From the NCBI GenBank assembly GCA_041621755.1, contig JBFKAE010000002.1, forward strand, positions 3,087 to 67,086: DNA of 64,000 bases, read 5' to 3'. A program made the translations under genes and the position numbers. Positions 46,795 to 54,704 of the stretch are shown one piece after another (position 1 is the first letter of the stretch; every line of letters starts with the position of its first letter). Source of the stretch: Sphingomonadaceae bacterium (lineage in GTDB: Bacteria; Pseudomonadota; Alphaproteobacteria; Sphingomonadales; Sphingomonadaceae). The notes beneath the pieces were generated by a model. That model made no database searches, was not told where the DNA came from, and worked only from the letters and a program-made list of their open reading frames with translations.

Positions 46795-47034
46795 ATGGTG
46801 ACGATGACGATCTGCGTACCGCCGGAATTGATGGCGTTTGTTCAGGGCGAGGTCTCTGCGCGTGGCATGGGCACGATCAGCAACTATGTGTGCGAACTGA
46901 TCCGCAAAGATCGGGACAGCGTGAATCTGCGCGATTTGCTGATGGAGGGAGCCGCCTCAGCGACTGGCAAGCCCGCTGACGCGAACTATTTTGACGGTCT
47001 TCGTTCTCGCGTCACGGGCAGCGCAGCTTCTTGA
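46795..47034 (+). CDS. parD: ParD-family antitoxin (no cognate ParE adjacent)
   Basis: MTICVPPELMAFVQGEVSARGMGTISNYVCELIRKDRD matches the ParD/CopG-type antitoxin N-terminus. Confidence 0.7.
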   Translation: MVTMTICVPPELMAFVQGEVSARGMGTISNYVCELIRKDRDSVNLRDLLMEGAASATGKPADANYFDGLRSRVTGSAAS

Positions 47035-47087
47035 GAACAAGCCAGGGCGAGAACGCCATTTTGAATTGATCGATCGGGAATTGGGTC

Positions 47088-47357
47088 ATGGAATTTGACG
47101 ATCAGATGCGGCGGTTCTTCGGGACAGACGACCTTGCGAGCGTTTCCCCCGAGGCGATGGCGAGCGGCATCGAGCGCATGCAGGTCGAGTTCGGGTTGGA
47201 GACCGACAAGGGCCGCAGGTTCGCGATGTGGTCGCTGCTCTACATGCTGGGTTCCGCGCCTGACCTCGATGTCGCGTTCGAGGACCCGCAGGACCGCGAT
47301 GCGGCGCGAACTTTCATGGACCTTCTGGACCAAGCCAACAGCGCTGCGGACAGCTAG
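47088..47357 (+). CDS. hypothetical acidic protein
   Basis: 89-aa ORF, protein-like (RFAMWSLLYMLGSAPDLDVAFEDPQDRDAARTFMDLL). Not ParE-like. Confidence 0.45.
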   Translation: MEFDDQMRRFFGTDDLASVSPEAMASGIERMQVEFGLETDKGRRFAMWSLLYMLGSAPDLDVAFEDPQDRDAARTFMDLLDQANSAADS

Positions 47358-47523
47358 GCAGCCCCTAAGAAAAGGCGATCCAGGCGATTTACCCTGCAAT
47401 CGGGCGTGTTCGCGATTTGCGGGGTAAACGGCAGAATTCCGAGTAATCTTCAGACCAAACCCGGACCATCTGGTGATACCCAATCGGAATACGTCCGAAA
47501 TCCCTTTGAGACCCGCTGGTATG

Positions 47524-47581
47524 TGTCCATATTTGGACAATGATCGCGGATTTGCAAACTCAATTGTCCACGCTTGGACAA
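47524..47581. promoter_or_regulatory. pair of operator-like dyads TGTCCA-N4-TGGACA
   Basis: TGTCCATATTTGGACA at 47524-47539 abuts the ATG at 47540. TTGTCCACGCTTGGACAA lies at 47564-47581, inside the first codons of the XRE gene. Confidence 0.45.
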
Positions 47582-47851
47582 CAGATCAGGCAGAGGCGTC
47601 TTGGCCTCAACCTCACGCAGCAGGCGGCAGCGGCCAGGTCTGGCGTAGCCTATCGAACCTGGCGGCGGATGGAAGGAGAGGGCAAGGCTTCGATCGAGGA
47701 CCTGGTGCGCGCGGCGATTGCGCTGCGTTGCGATGAAAATCTCGCTATGCTGTTCCCCGAACCTGTCGCCAGAAACATGGATGAATTGCTCGCGCGTCAG
47801 CGCATGGCTGCTGGCGGGGGACGGCAGCGCGCCGGAAAGGCAAGGTCGTAA
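47540..47851 (+). CDS. XRE-family HTH transcriptional regulator
   Basis: LGQQIRQRRLGLNLTQQAAAARSGVAYRTWRRMEGEG is a Cro/C1-type HTH. Confidence 0.7.
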   Translation: MIADLQTQLSTLGQQIRQRRLGLNLTQQAAAARSGVAYRTWRRMEGEGKASIEDLVRAAIALRCDENLAMLFPEPVARNMDELLARQRMAAGGGRQRAGKARS

Positions 47852-47930
47852 AGTTTTCGCCGAGCTTTAGCTTGCAGGCACCGACTCACAGGTGCCTGAA
47901 CAGAATTGCATCATATACAAGGCGTATTTG

Positions 47931-47959
47931 TTGATTTGTTCATTATTGCCTAGTATATT
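47931..47959 (+). promoter_or_regulatory. sigma70-like promoter candidate for hipBA
   Basis: TTGATT (47931-47936), 17-nt spacer, TATATT (47954-47959) in an AT-rich gap. The -10 ends 6 nt before the ATG at 47966, so the mRNA is possibly leaderless. Confidence 0.4.
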
Positions 47960-47965
47960 GTGCAA

Positions 47966-48241
47966 ATGCTGGATCTGGCAACGCTCGGAGAAACGATCGC
48001 GCAGCACCGCAGCGCGCAGCGGCTGACACAGGCCGAACTGGCCCGGCGCGCGCGCATCGGGCGATCGACACTCGATGCGCTGGAAAATGGCCGCCTGGCG
48101 GAGCTGGGATTCGGCAAGATCGCACGAATCCTGTCTGCACTGGGCCTCACCCTGAAGCTTGGCGAGGCCAATCGGGGGCGGCCGACACTGGAGGACCTTC
48201 TCGCCGAAACCGATGAGACGCCGTTGAAGGATCGGGCATGA
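47966..48241 (+). CDS. hipB: HipB-like XRE antitoxin
   Basis: HTH LGETIAQHRSAQRLTQAELARRARIGRSTLDALENG. 4-nt overlap with hipA. Confidence 0.7.
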   Translation: MLDLATLGETIAQHRSAQRLTQAELARRARIGRSTLDALENGRLAELGFGKIARILSALGLTLKLGEANRGRPTLEDLLAETDETPLKDRA

Positions 48242-49461
48242 CCATCAAGGTCTGGACCGATGGGCGAGCGGCAGGCCTGCTTGGGGCGAAGGGGGCAAGG
48301 GGAACGGCGTTCGCATATGCCTCCGGCACAGGGCCGGCGGACGCTGTGTCCGTCACCATGCCGGTGCGCCTGGCCTCGTGGGACAGCGACTACGGTCTTG
48401 CCCCGATATTCGAGATGAACCTGCCCGAAGGCGCGCTGCGCGAGCGGCTGCGGATGGCTTTTGCAAAAGCCACCGGGGCATTCGACGACCTCGACCTGCT
48501 TGCAATCGTGGGGCGCTCGCAGGTGGGGCGGCTGCGCTACACCGACGAGCATGCCGAGCTGGACCAAGCTGTCCCGTTCCAGTCGGTCGACGAGCTTCTG
48601 GCCAGTCGCCGGGACGGCAATCTGTTCCAGTATCTGCTTGAGCGGTTTGCCGCCTATTCGGGCGTGAGCGGAGTTCAGCCCAAGTTGCTCATCCGCGACG
48701 ACATTGCCTGGGGGGCAGGGCCCGAGGCAGGGACGCGGACAAGCATCCAGGGCGCAACACACATCGTCAAATTCTGGGAAGATCAGTATCCGCAGCTTGC
48801 TGCAAACGAGTTCTTCTGTCTCAAGGCGGCAGAACGTGCCGGTCTTCCGGTCCCGCGTTTCCAGCTTTCCGAGGACGGCCGCGCGCTCGTGATCGACCGG
48901 TTCGATCTGCGCAGCGACGGTCGATATCGCGGCTTCGAGGATTTCTGCGTCCTCAACGCACGGGCGACGGCCGAGAAATACCGCGGATCATACGAGACTG
49001 CCGTCCTCAAGCGGTTCCGCGAATTTGCCTCGCCCGAGCAGATTGCGGCAGGGTCAGAGACGATCTTCCGGATGATCGCACTCAACGCTGCGCTTCGTAA
49101 TGGCGACGCGCACCTGAAAAACTTCGGGATCGTCTACGACGACATCGAAGGAGAGGTCGCGCTGGCGCCGGTCTACGACCTGGTCACGACCACTGCATAT
49201 ATTCAGGCCGATCAGATGGCGCTGACGCTCGATGGTTCGACCCGGTGGCCGACGGCGAAGCAATTGTTGGCATTCGGCACGAACCGGCAGATCGGATCGC
49301 CCGCAGCGATCAAGGCCATGCTCGGCGCGATTGCCGAGGCGGTGTTCGAGACAATGGGGGACCTTAAGCGTCACATGCAGGTGGAACCGGAGTTCGAGGA
49401 AATTGGCACCCGGATGCTGGCGCAATGGGAAGAAGGAATCCGCACCAGTCTCATCGTCTAG
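48238..49461 (+). CDS. hipA: HipA-family serine/threonine kinase toxin
   Basis: 407 aa. N-terminal coupling domain (FEMNLPEG), GVSGVQPKLL, and catalytic region LRNGDAHLKNFGIVY...APVYDLVTT. Confidence 0.9.
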   Translation: MTIKVWTDGRAAGLLGAKGARGTAFAYASGTGPADAVSVTMPVRLASWDSDYGLAPIFEMNLPEGALRERLRMAFAKATGAFDDLDLLAIVGRSQVGRLRYTDEHAELDQAVPFQSVDELLASRRDGNLFQYLLERFAAYSGVSGVQPKLLIRDDIAWGAGPEAGTRTSIQGATHIVKFWEDQYPQLAANEFFCLKAAERAGLPVPRFQLSEDGRALVIDRFDLRSDGRYRGFEDFCVLNARATAEKYRGSYETAVLKRFREFASPEQIAAGSETIFRMIALNAALRNGDAHLKNFGIVYDDIEGEVALAPVYDLVTTTAYIQADQMALTLDGSTRWPTAKQLLAFGTNRQIGSPAAIKAMLGAIAEAVFETMGDLKRHMQVEPEFEEIGTRMLAQWEEGIRTSLIV

Positions 49462-49498
49462 TGCGAAAGACCGCGAAAGTCGAAAAGGACCCCAAGAT

Positions 49499-49675
49499 AT
49501 GACAAACGAGGTTGCCATCGAAGTGGACAGCAATGGCGAATTTCAACTGCCGCAAGCGATCATGGCCCGCCATGGCTGGGCGCCTGGATCGCGACTGGTC
49601 GTTGAGCTGATGCCTGATGGATTGCTGCTGAAGGACGCGCCGCACGAGGACGTTTCGATGGAGCGTCAGGCTTGA
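49499..49675 (+). CDS. AbrB/MazE/SpoVT-family antitoxin-like DNA-binding protein
   Basis: 58 aa. VDSNGEFQLPQAIMARHGWAPGSRLVVELMPDGLLL is a swapped-hairpin AbrB-type motif. Confidence 0.6.
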   Translation: MTNEVAIEVDSNGEFQLPQAIMARHGWAPGSRLVVELMPDGLLLKDAPHEDVSMERQA

Positions 49676-49738
49676 GCAGATTGCCTTTTCGCCAGATCGG
49701 TGTATATGTGTACAAACACACAAGTGCCGGAGTTCGCC

Positions 49739-49978
49739 ATGTCTTCCACTCGCTGGAATATCGCTGTGTCGCAGGACACGGATCGGTCCGTGCGGATGTT
49801 CCTCGCCGCCCGTGGGGGAGGTCGTAAGGGCGACCTGTCGCGCTTCATCGAGCAGGCTGTTCGCTCCTACCTGTTCGAGCAGACTGTCGCAGAGGCGAAA
49901 GAGGCAACTGCCGATCTGAGCGAGGCGGAGCTCACCGAGCTGATCGACGAAGCTGTCGAGTGGGCGCGCCATAACTGA
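49739..49978 (+). CDS. ribbon-helix-helix antitoxin partner of the PIN toxin
   Basis: ATG at 49739. WNIAVSQDTDRSVRMFLAARGGGRKGDLSRFIEQAVRSYLF. ATGA-type overlap with the PIN gene. Confidence 0.6.
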   Translation: MSSTRWNIAVSQDTDRSVRMFLAARGGGRKGDLSRFIEQAVRSYLFEQTVAEAKEATADLSEAELTELIDEAVEWARHN

Positions 49979-50403
49979 TGCGTGTCATACTGGACACGAA
50001 CGTCCTGATTGCCGCACTGATTTCGCGATTGAGCCCGCCCGACGCGATCTACCGCGCCTGGCGAGAGGGCCGTTTCGAATTGGTGACATCTCGTTTGCAG
50101 CTGGACGAGCTGAGACGGATAAGCCGCTATCCCAAGCTCAAGCCAATTCTGCCGAACCATCGGATCGGCACCATGGTAAACCATCTCAATCGCGCCATCG
50201 TGCTCGATAAGGTTCCGGCGTTACCGGACGGTGTGGAAACACAAGACCCGGACGACGATTTCCTCTTGGGCATGATCCTGGGCAGCGATGCGGATTTCCT
50301 TGTGACAGGAGACAGGCGTGCCGGCCTCCTGCAGCACGGGAGTTTCCAGCGGGCGCGGATCATGACCCCGACGGCATTCTGCGCCGAACTGTCCCTTAGC
50401 TGA
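49978..50403 (+). CDS. PIN-domain toxin (TIGR00305-like)
   Basis: MRVILDTNVLIAALIS..., later acidic residues in DDDFLLGMILGSDADFLVTGD, typical of the PIN ribonuclease fold. Confidence 0.8.
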   Translation: MRVILDTNVLIAALISRLSPPDAIYRAWREGRFELVTSRLQLDELRRISRYPKLKPILPNHRIGTMVNHLNRAIVLDKVPALPDGVETQDPDDDFLLGMILGSDADFLVTGDRRAGLLQHGSFQRARIMTPTAFCAELSLS

Positions 50404-50423
50404 CAGGGACCCATTCTATCATT

Positions 50424-50452
50424 GGAGCAATCGTGAGTTGCTTCTTTGCTCC
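50424..50452. terminator. hairpin between convergent PIN and ParE/RelE genes (possible bidirectional terminator)
   Basis: GGAGCAA (50424-50430) / TTGCTCC (50446-50452) in an AT-rich gap. No strong U-tract. Confidence 0.35.
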
Positions 50453-50488
50453 GAATTGATAATACATCTTATGTTAAATATCAATGGG

Positions 50489-50842
50489 TTAGGCCCGCGA
50501 GCCGTGCTGGAGAAGCCGGCGTTCCAGCAAACTGGCGAAGTCGCGGCGGCTGTCGGCGACAACCGCGATCGTAACCAGATCACCTTGGGCCGTATAGATG
50601 ATGCGATATGGCCAGACCGAGAGCTGCCGCCAGTCAGTCATCCCCAACGCGTCCAGCTCCGGTGGGACTGGCCCGCGCAAGGGATACTCGATCAGGCTCT
50701 CGATGGCATCGTAGAGCGTGTCGAGAAGCGCATCGGCTCCGTCCGGACCGTCCGCGCCGCGCTGTTTCAGACGATGATTGTAGATCGCCTGCAGGTCGCC
50801 TTCGGCTTCTGCGGCAAACTGAATGCGGGTTGGCTTCGCCAT
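50489..50842 (-). CDS. RelE/ParE-family toxin
   Basis: ATG at 50842. ...LIEYPLRGPVPPELDALGMTDWRQLSVWPYRIIYTAQGDLVTIAVVADSRRD is ParE/RelE-like. Overlaps the stop of the upstream antitoxin. Confidence 0.8.
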   Translation of the reverse strand: MAKPTRIQFAAEAEGDLQAIYNHRLKQRGADGPDGADALLDTLYDAIESLIEYPLRGPVPPELDALGMTDWRQLSVWPYRIIYTAQGDLVTIAVVADSRRDFASLLERRLLQHGSRA

Positions 50843-51114
50843 CAGCGCGCCGCGCGAGCGCGTATCCGATCCTTGAGACCTTCGAGCGGCTGAACCCGGC
50901 CTTGCGCCATATCGTCGCGCGCCATCGCGAGAAGCTTGAGGAGCGCCAGCAGTTCCTGGGTCTCCGCATAGCTCGCAACGTCCTGCAGAACCGCCTTTGC
51001 CTCGCCGTTTTGCGTAATCACCAGCGGCGGCGCGCCATCGGCCAAGTCGCGGATGACTTCGGCGCTGTGGGCTTTCAGATAGCTGATCGGCTTGACGCGG
51101 GTTTCGAGGCCCAT
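50842..51114 (-). CDS. Phd/YefM-family antitoxin
   Basis: VKPISYLKAHSAEVIRDLADGAPPLVITQNGEAKAVLQDVASY is the Phd/YefM N-terminal fold. Confidence 0.8.
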   Translation of the reverse strand: MGLETRVKPISYLKAHSAEVIRDLADGAPPLVITQNGEAKAVLQDVASYAETQELLALLKLLAMARDDMAQGRVQPLEGLKDRIRARAAR

Positions 51115-51202
51115 AGCTCACTCCATACCATATTCGGTCTGAATATAGTCTAATGGGGACAAGAAGGCAAATCGTTCCGAGGCCATGTGACGCTCCGCAA
51201 AT

Positions 51203-51550
51203 TCAGGCGAAACCACCTTCGGTGATCCGGTCGAGATAGCGTTGGACCTGATGGCTATATCCCTGCCGGACGAGCTCTTCTGCCGTTGCGTCACCGAACG
51301 AAGGCAGAGCTTGCGAACGGTACCACGCGTAGGCTGCACAGGCGCTTCCGGCCCATGGAACGGCCTTGTCGATAATCCCGCAAATTTCGGAAAGGCGTGT
51401 TTGCTCTGTCACCCCACGCGCAAAGGCATGTGGCGGAAGTCCAGAGGCAGCAGCCAGTTCGGACAAGGTGATCCGAAGCGCAGCCGACAGTCTGTCGGGC
51501 GAGACACCATGTTCATCGGAAACTTCACTCAGAAAGGCCGACGTGCACAT
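51203..51550 (-). CDS. Xre/MbcA/ParS-like antitoxin domain protein (DUF2384-type), no RES toxin adjacent
   Basis: ATG at 51550. The C-terminus AVPWAGSACAAYAWYRSQALPSFGDATAEELVRQGYSHQVQRYLDRI matches the DUF2384 toxin-binding domain pattern. Confidence 0.6.
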   Translation of the reverse strand: MCTSAFLSEVSDEHGVSPDRLSAALRITLSELAAASGLPPHAFARGVTEQTRLSEICGIIDKAVPWAGSACAAYAWYRSQALPSFGDATAEELVRQGYSHQVQRYLDRITEGGFA

Positions 51551-51619
51551 GAATTTTCCCGAATTCCGGCTATAAGCGGCCTGCAATGCGAGCCGCGCGA
51601 TGATAGTTGAGGGAAGGAT

Positions 51620-51919
51620 ATGGCCAAGTCCGTCGAAAGCAAGGGTCGCCCGGTCTCGGTACGGCTGACCGCCCACGACTTTGCACTCATCGATCGCGCC
51701 GCCAGCTTGCGGAGCTGTTCGCGAGCGGATTTCGTTCGGGAAGCAGCGGTACGCGCGGCCGAAGACGCGCTGATGGAACAGCGACTCATCGGGATGAGCA
51801 ACAGAGGATTTGCCGCGTTCGCCGCAGAACTCGCACGGCCAGCGCAAGCGGTTCCGCAGCTTGTGGAGATTCTCAAGAGACCGGCGCCTTGGGAAAAGCG
51901 CTCCGGCCAATCGCACTGA
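51620..51919 (+). CDS. DUF1778 (TacA-like RHH) antitoxin, no GNAT toxin adjacent
   Basis: KGRPVSVRLTAHDFALIDRAASLRSCSRADFVREAAVRAAEDAL...FAAFAAEL is typical of DUF1778/TacA. Confidence 0.7.
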   Translation: MAKSVESKGRPVSVRLTAHDFALIDRAASLRSCSRADFVREAAVRAAEDALMEQRLIGMSNRGFAAFAAELARPAQAVPQLVEILKRPAPWEKRSGQSH

Positions 51920-51958
51920 TCGATTAACCCCGGAAGCGCCGGAAGCTGCAGCCGAAAA

Positions 51959-52531
51959 TCACGCCGCAAACAGCTCACCCTGGCGCGGGATCCGTGACGC
52001 CGAAACCGCCGGCACCGCCGCAGGCTTGCGCAACAGGCGCAGCACGGCAGGCTTGACCACATAGACCGCATGGCGCCCACCGCCGCGGTTCTTGTGATTA
52101 GTCGCGTAGCCCGCGTAGTGGCGCGTGACGAGCCCGGCGCGCACGAGGTCCGAGGTCGCACGGCTGACGTTGGCGCGCCCGACCGAAAGCACCTGTTCCT
52201 CGACCGCAGCTTCGATATGGGGTTCGTCGATCTCCGGCCTGCCGGTGAGCTCGTCCTTGAGGCCCGCCTCGACGCGCTCGCGCAGCGCAGCACGGCGTGC
52301 GGGCTGTTCGCTCATCGGCAGGAGCTGGGTGCAAAGCCAGTCGCGCAGCAGGACCGGGTCCCCTTCCCCGGCACCAGGCGAGCTGGCCACGAACGGACCC
52401 GCATGCCCTCGCCCGTCGGCGATTTCAGCGATGAGTTGAAGAACCAGGAAGGCATAGCGCGGCCGGTTCGATGCCTCGGCCAGGACCGCGTAGATGCCTC
52501 CAACGCCTGATATCTGTGCCTGTCGTTTCAT
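51959..52531 (-). CDS. hypothetical protein with possible winged-helix segment
   Basis: 190-aa ORF, protein-like. VSRATSDLVRAGLVTRH resembles a wHTH recognition helix. Confidence 0.5.
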   Translation of the reverse strand: MKRQAQISGVGGIYAVLAEASNRPRYAFLVLQLIAEIADGRGHAGPFVASSPGAGEGDPVLLRDWLCTQLLPMSEQPARRAALRERVEAGLKDELTGRPEIDEPHIEAAVEEQVLSVGRANVSRATSDLVRAGLVTRHYAGYATNHKNRGGGRHAVYVVKPAVLRLLRKPAAVPAVSASRIPRQGELFAA

Positions 52532-52601
52532 GGATTAGTATTGAGCACAAAACGTGAATCCTGTGAATCCCCTTTGACCCAAAACATGTCGTTTGTCGCT
52601 T

Positions 52602-52755
52602 GTGACACTTTGCCCGGGGCCCGGAAAAGACCTTTCCAGCATCGCCCATTCGCATCGCCGACTATAGCCAAAAATGCCCGAAAAGGGGACTATCGGTCAG
52701 GGACGCCACCCAGCCCCTTTCGAACTTGACACTCCATCTCCGGGCAAAGTGTCAC
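52602..52755. repeat. long inverted repeat (16-bp perfect arms, 122-nt spacer)
   Basis: GTGACACTTTGCCCGG (52602-52617) and CCGGGCAAAGTGTCAC (52740-52755). Partial pairing continues outward. A plus-strand TTGACA lies at 52726-52731. Confidence 0.6.
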
Positions 52756-52976
52756 GAATGACAGCGCCGGTCTCGCAAGGCCGGTCGGCCAAGAAAAAGG
52801 GGGCCAGCTTGCGCCGACCCCCGTGGAAAGTTTGGGAGAGGATGCCTGAAAGGCAGCGCCAATATAGGCCGCACCCTGCAATGCTGCAAGTGCGAAAAGA
52901 TCGCACGGGGTTGAATAATGCGCACACGGGGAGAAGCGGCGCTGCCCGATGGACAGCGCCGCCTCCTGGCCTGGCG

Positions 52977-53312
52977 TCAGAGGAACAGGACTTCCTCGGC
53001 GACGATCTCGACGGCGTAGCGCTCGATGCCTTCCTTGTCGGTCCACTTCGAGTAGTGGAGGCGGCCCTGGACTTCGACCAGATCGCCCTTCTTCTTGTGC
53101 TTCGCGACCGAAGCCCCGAGCCCGTTGAAGGCGGTGATGCGGTGGAATTCTGCGAGGGTTTCGGTATAGCCCGCTTCGTTCTTGACCGTCTTGCCATCAA
53201 CCAGTTTGGGGCGATCGGTGACCAGTGTGAAGCCGGTGATTTCGGTCTCGCCGGCGCGGCGGGTTTCGGGCTGGCTGGCGATGCGGCCGATCAGGATGAC
53301 GAGGTTCTTCAT
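52977..53312 (-). CDS. ssb: single-stranded DNA-binding protein, OB-fold only
   Basis: ATG at 53312 after AGGAGA. MKNLVILIGRIASQPETR...FHRITAFNGLGASVAKHKKKGDLVEVQGRLHYSKWTDKEGIERYAVEIVAEEV. Ends ...LFL without a Gly/Pro linker or acidic tip. Confidence 0.85.
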   Translation of the reverse strand: MKNLVILIGRIASQPETRRAGETEITGFTLVTDRPKLVDGKTVKNEAGYTETLAEFHRITAFNGLGASVAKHKKKGDLVEVQGRLHYSKWTDKEGIERYAVEIVAEEVLFL

Positions 53313-54318
53313 GGGTTTTCTCCTGCTTGAATTCGGCGGAACCGCCCGCCGATGAACGCGATCGGCGGCGCGCAAAGGCCCGGGCTGCACCGAGCGACAA
53401 GCATCGCGCAGGCGTGAGGGAAACCGGCAAAAGCGAGGAGTGGCGCGGCAAGCCCGCAAGGGCTTCACGGTCCGCTGCTTTTCCGGTTGCCGGCCGGGAC
53501 GGGCGCCGCAGGGTTCATCGGCATGCAAAGGGCGGTTTGCGCCAGTTCAGGCAGGTTGGATGACGGACATGGAGCTTCGTCCCGATTGGACGCGCACTTG
53601 CCTGGCCCTACCCCCAAGAGGACAGGATTTTTCATCGCTACGCGGTCGCGCGTCTCAGACTGGCGAGACACATAGGGACAAGTTTCGGTGCGGGCCCTGC
53701 CCTCATGGCTTCTCACCTAGCTGGCACGGCCAGCCTGTGATGTCGCTTCCAAGGACCGATGGCGGTCTGGTCAGAGGTCCAGCCTGCCGACATATCGACT
53801 GGGGTACCGTTCGAGGGAACACACCGCCGCGATGGACGTCACAGGGGTCAGCTCCATGATGCCTGCGACGGCGGCTTTGCCCTCGGGTAGCGCCGCTTCA
53901 GGAAGCAATCCCCCTCCCCCCGTCAAACCGACGAGTCAATGGACCTCGACTGCCCCACGCTCCCTGGCCCCGATCGTCACCTGAAGGGCCGGCATCCATG
54001 CCGGCGAGCTTGGGCGGGCGGCGGCGCGCCAGCGTCGACGCGCGCCCTAGCGAGTAGAGCGGGTTGCCCCAAGCCCGCGCGGGGCGCGGGCGCCGGGGTG
54101 CCCCTTCCCTTGCCCTTTCCTGATCCACATTCCCGACATCAGCAGCCAGATCCCAGGATATACCCCTTCGCATCCCGCGCCAGCGGGACCGCTGCACCGC
54201 AGGATCCCCTGGAATCGTCCGCCTCCCCAGGCTCGACGCCCGGGCGGGCACAGGATAGATTACCGCAGAGCTGGAAAGCCCCCTCGGGGCCGATTCCCGG
54301 CACTGAACCCCGACAGGA

Positions 54319-54522
54319 ATGAGACAGATGGCAAACAATCCTCTCATGCCCACTGCGCTGCAGGTCGCCGAAGCCATCGCCAAAGTGCTCGGCGCAAAGC
54401 TCGCCGATCTTTCGGCGGAGCGCATCGACCTCGACCGCGAGGAAGCCGCGCTGTGTCTCGGCCTCGCCGAAGGCGTGATCGACAGCCTCAAGGCCGAAAG
54501 CGACCACGCGGAGAGCGCGTAG
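54319..54522 (+). CDS. small hypothetical protein
   Basis: 67-aa helical-looking ORF. An alternative ATG at 54328 lies 9 nt after AGGA. Upstream of and co-directional with DUF1173. Confidence 0.3.
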   Translation: MRQMANNPLMPTALQVAEAIAKVLGAKLADLSAERIDLDREEAALCLGLAEGVIDSLKAESDHAESA

Positions 54523-54704
54523 CCGGAAATCGTCCAGCCCCTCAATGTCACTGCCGCAGGCAGGGTCCAGCGGGCTTGCGGCCCGGTAAGGGCAGGCATA
54601 GACTGAATCCTGCGGGGTCCATGCGGGACCCGCACAACCAACAAAGGAGATGCGCGAGAGGTCGAACGGGCAGCGTCGATCGCGAGGAATTGGAGAACCC
54701 ACCC

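Noticed and set aside
52070-52510. 146-aa plus-strand ORF considered as the missing GNAT toxin for the DUF1778 antitoxin
   Set aside because: It has no acetyl-CoA binding motif (Q/R-x-x-G-x-G/A) and an Arg/Ala/Pro-rich composition. It is antisense to the more protein-like 190-aa minus-strand gene.
53340-53480. Third copy of the 44677/46142 repeat upstream of ssb
   Set aside because: It shares the general idea of an A/T-tract hairpin flanked by GC-rich DNA. But the tract polarity is reversed, and I could not align the conserved blocks (GGGGGAGCC, CAAGGCGCA, CTTGACG). I treated it as a separate structured region.
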